In this document: positions 15,101 through 27,100 of the stretch, one piece after another | Position numbering within the stretch: position 1 is the first letter of the stretch | Layout: each line of letters opens with the position of its first letter | NCBI GenBank assembly: GCA_965644265.1 | Contig: OZ286461.1 | Span: forward strand, 95,604,001-95,668,000 | Length of the DNA: 64,000 bases | DNA from: Glycera tridactyla | Lineage: Eukaryota | Direction of reading: 5' to 3' | Program-made: the position numbers and the translations under genes | The notes under the pieces: generated by a model | The model's input: only the letters and a program-made list of their open reading frames with translations | Database searches by the model: none | Told to the model about the DNA's origin: nothing

Positions 15101-18100
15101 AAAAATCATAAGATAGAAGAAAACATATACAATTTAATTGGGAAGAATTCTCACCTCATCCTGATCTGTGGCTGTCACAGTGACAATATGTTGTCCAAGA
15201 TCCCAGAGATCATTGATGGTGACACGGTATTCAGGCTGGTTGAACTGGGGTGTATTCTCGTTCCTTGATATGGAGGCAGTATAAGTTGCAGTGGCAGTCT
15301 TCTGTGGTCTCCCGGTATCATATACTGTGACAGGTAGCTGTGACAAAATCAGATGGAAATTTATTAATCATATCCATGGCTTCTTTCATTAATACATTAG
15401 ATATATCGAGCCAAGATGATGTTTTTCCCACCCAGTATTAATCTTTGAGAAAAGAATTTATTCAACTCAGTTAGCCACTGTTGCAAAATTCAGCATTTTT
15501 TGATTCAATGCTGATGTGATTCTGTTCTTTGCATGAACTTCAAAACTGACCATCCTACCAACAAATGTCTGTATATACCAGCAATCACTTGCTGGAAATC
15601 AGATAAAGTGTGTTCAAACCATCACTGACTATGGGGAGAGAAGGCTTGAGTATATTTTCTTTGAAATTCTTAGAAGTCTACATTTTCTACAATATCGAGC
15701 ATGCAAGCTGGGACAGAGTTCATTGATGAATAAATGATCACGATACATATTTGAAATTTGATACCAACCTTGTACTCAAATGCTGCATCTGCCTGGAGAA
15801 GTTCTGTGCTCTTGAGTCGAATCTGACCAGTGTCTGGATGAATGTAGAAGATTTCTGTCGCAGGCACGGATGGAATCAAGTCATACTTCAACTGACCCTA
15901 CAAGAGAAAAAAAGAGTCAAATATCAATGATCAATCACAACATATGATCGAAATAGGAAAAGCTTACCCAATTATCACTTTTTCAAATGTCAAGTCTGGA
16001 GATAAAACTCCATGAAGAATTGTCAGAAAAAATTACCCATAGTCTCATAAAGTGTTATATTTTTCTGTTATGGCACATGTGATTTCAATCATGATGTAGT
16101 ACTTCAGTTATATGTTTTGAATCTCAAAACCTCTTCAAGCAAACCCACCCTAAGATACATTCATCTTTTCACTTACAGTGATATATTTCTGTTACATTGT
16201 TCTGCATCATAGGATAATGAATTTGCTTCCAATCCGGAATATTCAAAGTGTAGAACTGGTGTAGGGATTACATGACTGGGTCAATTATCATTATTAAATT
16301 TTGAAAATATGTCTTGTTGCATAATACCTTAAATAAAATCAATTTAGGGTGTTATTACACTGATTCACATCCACCTATTGAACAGATGTCCCCAGGGAGT
16401 GACTAACTGTACCAAAATGCCTCGAGTGTGAGAAAAATTTAGTTCCCATTTGAAATTGGTAGAATGATTGTTGGATCGATACATCTCAATTGTAAAGTTT
16501 CATATCAACTTTTAAAAAAATTGTATCCAATTTGGGATAATCATTGGGGACTAAACTATCATGATATCTATAGAAGTAGCGGCAGTACCTGTTACCATGA
16601 CACTAATTAGCTCAAATTATGGAGTAATCAACACAGATGGCATATAAACTTACCCGCTGGTCATTATCTCGGGCGTTGACATCATACACCACTGCATCAT
16701 GCACTATGTTCTCCGAGACAACTTGTTCCTCTGGCAGATTATCAAATGTGGGCATGCTATCCTCAATGAAGATCACCATCACCCATGTCTTGGCCGTACG
16801 TTCTGGGATGCCTTGGTCACTCACCATCACCTCAAACTACAAGGTTATATAGAGGAGATGTATCAAAGAATATCATACAGTCAAACCTGTCTATAAAGAC
16901 CGCCTTCCGTCACATCGAAGATTGGTCTTTATAGAGGTCATTTACTGTTGAAAATACTACCACGGTTGCAGCTCAGGGTGGTCTTTAAAGAGAGGTGGTC
17001 TCTATAGAGAGGTGGTCTTTGGAGCAGGTTCGACTGTATATTGAATAAAACATAACATTTCTCATTACATTCATGTAGTAATGTGAAATAGTAATATGCT
17101 TTGTTCCATCTAAATTGAATAGAAATCATCGGCGAAAAAGATAATATCAGGGAAGCTCCATACAAAGGAGTGGCTTTTCTCAATCACCCTGAAAAAATAG
17201 ATTTCTATAAAGTCCCTATACCTTTGGTATATTTTGTTCATATCCACATTTAGAAGGGAGTCCAGCAATTATTTTGTATCTCTCATCCCATAATGCATAA
17301 AATTGAATGTCACTCTTCCCTTGCAACTAAAATATTAAAGGTCATCAGAGTGTATGTCTGATTAATGGATACAATTTACCTCTAATCGTCAGAGTACCAG
17401 TCACCTCTCATCACATCTAATAAGAATTCTTCATTATTCACAGTAGAATAGCATCCCTTATACAAACTGACTAGTGTATTTTGTCCAGATGGATCAACCA
17501 AAGGTGAGGATAATCACATTTGCATGTTTCATCAAATTTCATCCTTAACTTCAAACAATAGAATCATAATTTGTAAAATCATTTCACCAGTGCGATGACC
17601 CTAGCCATAGTGACAGTAGAAGTGGCTGGCTGTGGTGGTGACAGGTTGTGATAGCTCTTGTGATCTTGGGAGATTTGTCACAGTCACAGTGATTATGACA
17701 GTGGGGCACTGATGTTACACTAAAATCACAAAACAACTTAGCAGTGATGTGAAATTGTATATCATTGAGGAAACTTGGAAGGTATGATTATCATGAATGA
17801 TCACATATTCTGGAAATAATCGTGCTAAAATAAATCGGGTGACCTCTGTTTGGTATAAGTGAATATCCATCACGAAAATCTAACAAAAAACCTATTTCAT
17901 CAATCCTCGCCACAATAATTTGATTTTGTGGTCTTGACCAATTGTTGCCATTCCTTCAGCCTACTCAGATTGAAATATGTTGCCAAATGATTCTTTGATA
18001 ACAAATTGATGTATCTAAGAACATCTGAAATCCATCATCATCTTCAAGAAAGAATCAACTACTATAATACCTACATTGAATTTGATCATCTACTGGGAGC

Positions 18101-21100
18101 TTTTAATCCACTACAAATCTGCCAATATAGATAAATCGCTCAGCAAGTGCTGCTCATTCTTCTCGGATTTCACACTAGTTACATCTATGGACTACCTCAG
18201 GCCTGACTTGTTGATAAATAGTCAACTATCAGATGCATTTCAGCAGGTTGCATTCAATAAATGTTAGTATATTTATCTACATCAGAGGGTGTTTTTCTGA
18301 AATTAACAGATGCACTAGGATATGGTGGGAAAATAAACACACTTTCCTACCAACTTGGAAATTATCAAGTTCATGGAAACTAAGAGAGATTCACAACTAC
18401 AGATATGTAGGCAGATTTCCTCGAAGGAAATAGAGATGAGATCTAGTTCAACATAAGTGAAACATAGTGAGGAAATGCTCAAGTTTGACAGATCTAACTT
18501 GACATTAGTAGAATCTAGTGGGAAAACATTCAAGTGTGACAAAAATTAGTGAAGGAAAAATGTAGGAGAGCATCAATGTTTCACTAACTGTAGCTAAGAA
18601 TCAATCCTAACACAACATCTCCAACTGACCTGATTACTCATTATATTATGTCCATGTTGTATCAATTATCTCTCTAGTCTGGATATCTGTTACTGACACA
18701 AATATATTGTTGCAACCACACAAGTCTTGTGAATTATTTTTCTCAAATTATGTTCTATTGTGTTTTGAAGGATATTGAATATTGATATATAACAACAAAA
18801 AGACTGAGAGAAAAAAATAAGAGGTTTGAAGTCAGAATATGTGAATAAGATTTCCCTACACATTGGATATTTCAGAATTCTGGACTGAATGATTGACAAA
18901 TCTGGTGAGCATGTAACTCAACTGGGATTGCATTGATATGAAAAAGTGATCAATTAGCAACTTTCAATATATGATTGTTCACATGGAAATACTGGGTGAT
19001 TGTTAGTTAGAAGAGTGACAGTCAAATTAAGATATGATACACACTGAGAGCAAAATACCTTATGATTGTGGTGGATATCTTCATTAGAGATTTATATATC
19101 TATCATCTAATGCCGAGGTTATGTGCATAGAATCCACAAGTTCATTTTTCTAGATTCCTAATCTGTTGACTTCCTGGGGCTCTCAATATGTGATCATACA
19201 TTGATGCAGAATCCAGCATGATCCTAAACTCTCACAACTCTTCGGAACTTTCTGTGAACTGGCATTGCCAGTTCAATCAATCATCAGAGAAGTGGGAAGT
19301 CAGTATCTTCAGGACTCTGCCTATGAAGAAAGAGAAGTAATGCAATTACGATACACATGACTTACTGTGTAGTCCTGTACAGTTATAGGGGATGGATGAT
19401 TGAATGATCAATATCTTTACTGAGTACATGATGCATATAATCAAGAAAGACTCGATAATGTTCTGCATTGCCATCTTCATCGTGATTCTCATACTGATCA
19501 ATGCTTGATGAAAATTTCAGAAATATGTCATCTTTCACTATGAAATTCCCTAAATACAGGAGCAATAGAACATGAATTTGATGCATGATTCCTGCATGGG
19601 AACTTTCTCAGGTTCAATCAGATAGTTAATTCACACTTTTCCAGTTTTGCTGAATTAGCAGCAATTGGGATCCATCAAACACACAAAATGAATGATAACA
19701 TGGCATGGTCATGAATATGAGTAGAAGGATGAAAATCTCATGGTCAAAAGATATATTGGATCATTGAAGGGAATACAAAATAAATCCAAATTCGCATGAA
19801 TATCAAAAAATCACTCAGAAGAAAATGAGAAGCATCATAATGTTATTGCTTCATTTCATATTATGTGTGTCTAAGTAATCGTATCACACATTACTCACCA
19901 TCTACAAATGGAAGCAAGGAGCAATCAATGATAAAATCAGATTATTGTTGATGGGGTTCTCCTGATGGAGAACAAAAGAATCTGAGAACTGGAGATACCC
20001 ATATGATTCCTTGCCCAAATCTTACTTGATTAATCAGAAACGATCATATGACTCAGTAATACTTCCCATAACACTGAGAATTAACAAAACAGTCAGACCG
20101 GTCTATAAAGACTGCCTGCAGTTATATAAAAAAGTGGCCTTTATAGGCAGCTGGTCTTTATAGAGAGGTCATTTAATATTGAAAATACTATGAGAGTAGC
20201 AGCTCAGGGTGGCCTTTATTGAGAGGTGGTCTTTAGAGCAGATTAGACTGTATTTGATATGGCTCTCACAAACCACAACTTTTATTTAGATATTCCTGCT
20301 GACAACATCAGACCATGCTTCTCGAAGCACCATAGCAATTCCAGGAAAATTGGCATTACTCACATCACTTCTCAGTATCATGTAATTGCCATGTATCTAA
20401 ACAGTGTCATAAGGAATAGTGAATTCCTTCTCAATATCAGATCCTTTCTCATGGATCTATTCGTCTCATTATTCCAATGCCCAGAACCAGTGTCGGATAT
20501 GAGACATTTGTCTCACATTTGAGTGTAATGTCTCACATTTTGAAAAGTGATGAGACAAATGCCTGCCTTCAGTCCTACCCAGAGCAAACACTTGTACTAT
20601 TTGATTCCTATCTATGTGAATTGTCTCACATTTTGAATAGATGGGAGACAAATGTCCGCTTCAGCCATAACTCAGAGCCGACACTGCAGAACAATATATG
20701 AAATGACTCACCCTGTATTCTGTGTCCTCACCAGGCCATACCCTCTTCAAGCTCAGCACTCCAGTTGATGGATTCAGGAAGAAGAGATCAGTGATGGGAG
20801 GGCTCTCAACAATACTGTACAGCATGACATCCTACAATAGACAGATAATCATACCAATGTCATGGAGCATCACATCAAAAGTTCAAATCTCATTCTGGTA
20901 TCAGAAATATTCAAGTGTATATTTATGAACATTTTGTATCATGAGCTGGCAGTGATCTTGGTGATTTGAAAAGATGAATTTTCAATAATTGATGATAAAT
21001 GTATTAGCATCTAAGTCATGAGTGTAGGCTCCACAATAGGCATGTAGTGTGAGGGCCTTATATATCACCTTTCTACAACTCGTAGAATAATCTGAGGTTT

Positions 21101-24100
21101 GGCTGTTTACTTTTTCGAAAGATTCTACAGTCATACCTATGGGCTTCACCTGTTGATGGTGTCATCTGTATCAGTTCCTTAGATCAACGAATGGCATGCC
21201 AACTTGTGTCACTCATACGTGATCATATCATCTATCGATGACTTGTTATTCAAATGGTTGTCTTATCCGTAGAACACTACTTGTACTTCTATTTAAAGTA
21301 GAATCATGTACATATGAACTCGAGCATCTATGGAAGCATTCATCACAAACTGGGTCAGTGATGATTTCATTGAAAGTGCAAAATATCACAGCAGTGAATC
21401 CGACACTTACCCCTTCATCTTCATCATTTGCAGACACTTGCAGTATACTCTCTCCAAGTGGGAAATATTCCAGGATTTCATAGCGGTATTCTCCCTGAGT
21501 GAACTGAGGTGACTTCTCATTCCTGGTGACAGTGATGTCTACGTAGCATATAGCATCATGGGCACTGACGCCAGTGTATGTAGCCTTGATCATTAACTGA
21601 AAACAAGAATTTATAGCATATCAAAGACAGCTCAGAAGAACCCTGTCCAGAAAGCATAAATGATTTGGCATTTTGACCATGTCATGATGACTGCAATGCA
21701 TATTTTATTTACAAACTCAGATTACTCCCTCTCCGACAATACAAATTTTGTTTCGAATGGAACTCAATATGTGCAGAAAAAAAATATCAATCAAATTTGA
21801 ATGGTGCTGTCTCTACAGAACAAATGGGTATTGCTTTAAGTATCAAGGAAGGATAATAAAAATCAAATTCCTCACAGGCGAGTCACTGAATTAATTGAAA
21901 TGCCAATCACATGGATGATATAGGGATCTAGAATTTCAAAATGGTGATGATAAAAAGCTCAAATGAGACCTTTCTACTGCGCTACAGATATGGATCAAGA
22001 GTCATAATACCCTGCGTCTCATTTTGCCATCCCTTTGATCTAATGAAACTGCCATACTTTCCAATCCAAGTTAGAAAATCAGAAGCTCAGATAGAGGACA
22101 CATGACTGAAATACTGCAACTGTGATTGTATTTTCAACAGTAAGTTACCTTTATATGAAGGCCACCTGCATACAGAGGCCACTTTTTGATGCAACAGGTC
22201 TGATTGTATATTTTGCTGGACATAATGATATGAGTACTTACTAAGTTACATTTATATGAAGGCCACCTGTATACAGAGGCCATATTTCGATGGTACACAT
22301 ATGGCCTCTATAGACAGGTCTGACTATGAATTTGGTTGGCTATAATGATATGAGTACTTACCTTGTAGAAGGTGACATCACTCGGGTCATTGCGTATATC
22401 TGCCTTGATCTTCACTTCACCTGACTGTCGTTCTACAGAGAAGTAATCCGGAGCATTGCTGGTGCCGACGACTTCATAAATGATGTCAGTCTGTAAGAAG
22501 AAAAGTTCATACATTTTGTTTGAGTTCACAATGGATGAAATCTGCAAATTGATGGCAGAATTGGCCCTGCTTGGCTGATGTGTGAATTTATCAGTATCCA
22601 ACCACAAACACACCTTAATAGATGAAGAGGAAACCATTGATCACCATTCTCAAAGAGATTTCATACTGCGCCTATTTTGTTCATATGATGACTGGAATCA
22701 CTTGATTTATCACAAACAAAATCTGACATTTGCTAATGCCTGCCCAATATGACAAAAGTTGAGAAAATCAAGTTTTTCTCTGGATGAATTTACAGGAGTG
22801 GTAAACAAACTCAATTTTTTAAAGGCCAGAAATTCATATCCACTTACCCCTGGTGATGCCCTGACAGTGGTGATCGTGGATCCAACATTCTGATTCTCTG
22901 ATACCTCAGCTGTGTAGGTCTCTTGTGAGAACCTGAGATCGCCTTCATCTCGTACAACTCTGACCTCCACAACAGCCGTTGATGTTTTGGGTATAGCACC
23001 ATCATCTGTTGCTCTGACACGTACCTGCCAACATATTATCAAGAATTAAGATTTCAAAATCTTGGAAATAAACAAAGACAGTACATAGTTCATTGATGAC
23101 ATAAGTATTGAGATGAGGCCTACCCTGCCACTACTACCTGTGGCTGTGATAATACAAGCTCTTTGCTATGTTGGGACGCGTTGATGGTGCTGATCTCTTG
23201 TCGTGGGTAGGTTGATGAATAGATTGCAAATTCTAATTCAAAATGACTTTAATTCTCTATATCATACATGTTATGACTCGAGCACTAACATATGAAATAA
23301 AGTATCCATCAAACTTGACTAGTTATTTTACTGTCCATAATTCATACATGGTATTATATATAATATCAAGTCGACAAATCATATTTAGCAATGAGGATGT
23401 GAAGAGGATAGTGCAAGAGAATATGTCGATAAGGCAGCATCAGTACTTAAAGACAATGGCACTACCTTGAATTCATTTGATCACTCTATGTAATTCAAAA
23501 ATCAAAATAACACATGAAAATAGTCAAGAATAGTAGCAAGTATGCACTTCCTGCAGGCTGTTCACTTGCAACTAATGGTCGCTAACATTTTGTAACAGAA
23601 AAGGGGCCCCATTCTTTTCTGTCACACTTACGACAGAGAATATTGTTTGGGTATTTTTGGCTAATGTTTTTTCTGTTAGTCAAACTGAACAGTTTGCTAG
23701 TACCTATACTGTGAAAATTAGATGACAATGTACACATCCTAATATTCTAAATATCAACAAAGAGGAAGCAAATCACAAGCAGGCTGCATGCAGAAAGCTT
23801 GTCATATTCTTGTCCTTCCATCATCATTGTTACCAATCAAAGCAAATAAATAGGTGTTTTTTCCATAAGATCCTACCAATGAATGATAACGAATGCTAGA
23901 CATGAGGTAATTGAGTTGATGAGACAAATCTAGCTTCATAACTTTCGTTGGAAATATCTTAGAAAAGATATACTTACACCAAATTCCCTGTGTTCTGACT
24001 CGTAGACAGACTGTAGTAGAGTGATGACACCATCTGTTGGATGGACATAGTAATATGCTGGGGCATCACCATCTCCAATGATCGAATATGAAACCACATT

Positions 24101-27100
24101 ATTAGGAGCCTACAAAAAGAAAGATACACTGACTCAATGTCTATATATTGCCCAAGGGACAACCAACAACAGCTACTCATGTACTACTCTGATAAATTAG
24201 TTCCGTACGTATGTACGTACGTACGTACGTACGTACGTACGTACGTACGTACGGACGCCGGAGGTGAAACTATAATACACCGCTTTTTTCAAAAGCGGGG
24301 TATAAAAATCATACTAAATTTTTTTTAATTGCAATTGGGATGCATGTTGAAATGCTAGTAGAGCTCTTGTTCATATAGTCAACCTGATTGGTGACATTGG
24401 AAAGTCAAAATGTAGCATAGAAAAGGCTGGATCCAAGACCATTCATAATTCCATCTACATTTTCGAGTATCAGTTTCACTCTCCTGATTTCAGATCAAGA
24501 AAAACCATGCCCACTGTGTAATTCCATCAATCAATCTATCTAACAAATACAAGAGGCATGCAAAGAATGATGATGAGAATATGGAGCAATGGATTATAAA
24601 TGATTGATAAGAACCTCATGGTCGATGGATATGACATATCATGTAGCACCAATATATCAAAATATCCAATGATACAACTGAATCAAAGAGTCAGATAAGC
24701 AACTTAAATCAGATCAGAACTCTTCCTTTCAACTTGAAATATATGTAAAGATACACTAATCATATGTGTGGATATATATATATCTCACATAACCACAGAG
24801 TTATCTCACATAATCACAGCATTTGGAACATTCTGTCATACTTGAGTTACTTACAGCAGTGTCCTCGTCTGTGGCCGTGACTTGGGAGACAGTGGAACCG
24901 GCTGGCAGAATCTCAGGGATCTCAGCTTGGTACACATCCTGACTAAACCGCGGCTGTGCAAGGTTACGATCCACATCTATCAGAAGTGTAGCCGTGGATG
25001 TCTTGGGTGGAGTACCACCATCCTGTGCCAGTATCCTCAACTGTAAAGTAAAAAAGAAACATAATGATGTGTTAGCGTATTGAACTCATACTACCTCAAA
25101 GAACTACTGCCATTTTTTCGGATAACTAGAAAAAGTCAAATAGTAAGAATCAAAGCAGGTATCAAAATGATCCAGCCTGGGTTAGAGAGACATCAAGTAT
25201 CACTAAATCAATCAATTAACCCATACTTTCATTCCATCATTGTGACATATTCCTGGTATAGTGCAATGAGTATATTGCTGGGATAGTTCTTATCAAGCAG
25301 GAATGCAGGCATATGGATGGAATTCCATGTATACCTTCTCTACTATGGATGTAATTAGTGATTCAACTCTTCATTTTGTGACCACGGCAAGTTTGATTGC
25401 TCCAAAATTGTCACCAATTTGTCAATTCCATATACGTATTGTAGAGCCACAGGCGAACATGTACAGCCTGCAGGTCACTCGCTAGACACCTGTAGCATAG
25501 CAGGACCACTAGCAACAGTATATTATGGTCTTGAGGAAAAGAGTACAGTCCACCTGACCACCAGGTGGAAGTTGACAACTTTTCTATTTAATGCATCTTG
25601 TCCTAGAGCAACCTCAGAAGGCGTCTACTATCAATGGTACACCTTTCTTATGTAAATGTTGCTTGGCGTATATGTTTTGAACCCTCCCCCCCCCCTCAAG
25701 GTCAACTGTTTTTGCTAAACAATAAATTTGAAACATGAAACAATATCACAGCAGATTCAATGTACTTACAGTGTAGGAAGTTTCCGTGTCAGCGGGCAGA
25801 TTAACTCCGGCTCGAACCTTGATGTCACCATTATCCTCCAGCTTGAAGTAGCTTGGTCCACTATCATCACCAATCATCTCATAACTCACAATATTGAATG
25901 GTTCCTGGAAGGAGAACCAGATGTCAGCTTAATGTTCACCTGACAATGATGTGTCTGATGATTGTGAGCACACACAATGATAATAGAAACTTTAATGTAA
26001 GGAGCACTGATTTGGACTTTGTAATATGAAAACAAACTACATGTACTTGAAATGTCTTTGGGCTATGGTTTGTTTTGCAGCAGTGAACCTGCTGCTGAAA
26101 TGTTCCAAGTACTTCCTGTTCTCAAGAAGTTTGGATGTACTTTCATATATTATAATGTACTCCCTACAATCGCGATCCACTAAATATAGATAATTTCAAG
26201 ATACCATGATGATGTTGTATTTGTTGGCAGTTTTTGCTATAATTGTGTAAAATTCGAGCAGGAACCTACACACAACATGTGAGTGTAATTTTGATTTGAT
26301 CACTCACAACATACACATAGGTGTGTGATCATATGAGCCAAGAAACAGACACAGAGACACACAAACTTATGGTAGAGCCATCAACACAACAAAAGATGAG
26401 ATATCACATACAAATTATGGCCTCTTCATGGATCCATATCATGACAATAGATACAGTTGCCCTCCTTATGATGCATTTATCTATCCGATCATTCGTATTC
26501 AACTCATTCTTTTAGTGGGAATATGGAATTGAGAAAGAACTTACCCGATCATCAACATCAGTTGCTTGCACAGTGAAGAATATTTGTTCCTCGGGTTGGT
26601 CCTGGGCAATCCTCTTGTAGTAAGGAGTTCCTTGGAACTGAGGGGCATTCTGATCACGCTTGACAATGATATTGAGTGATGCTCGATTGCTGCTATTGAG
26701 GGCATGGATTCCTCCAAGATCATACGCCATAGCTTCAAACTGTCAGGAAATAAAGATCAAATAGACTGCAATTGCAACTTTGATACCATACTGACCATCA
26801 ATGTAAGATACTGTTAAGATCAAATGATGAAATAAACCACATTGTTCACACCATCGACATTCATAGAAATACTATGTGAAGTGAGACATTTGAACACTAA
26901 TTACAAATATCAATGATTAGGGCTCAGTCTTAGCTGGCATATTGGCTGCCGTGAAATTGAGAAAGACACAAGTGCGCCTTTTTAATTAGAATTATACAGA
27001 GAACAGAAGCAAGTTTTCAAACTGATGCAATAATCCCACTTCTTAGTTATCCTGAGTCATACATATATCAACGACACTTACATGGTAGTTGTCAGGCTCA

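Noticed and set aside
17590-17720. Thr/Val-rich minus-strand text (PTVIITVTVTN; ATSTVT) resembling a cadherin G strand
   Set aside because: The fragments are in different frames with stops, there is no matching splice pair, and the long/short alternation is complete without it.
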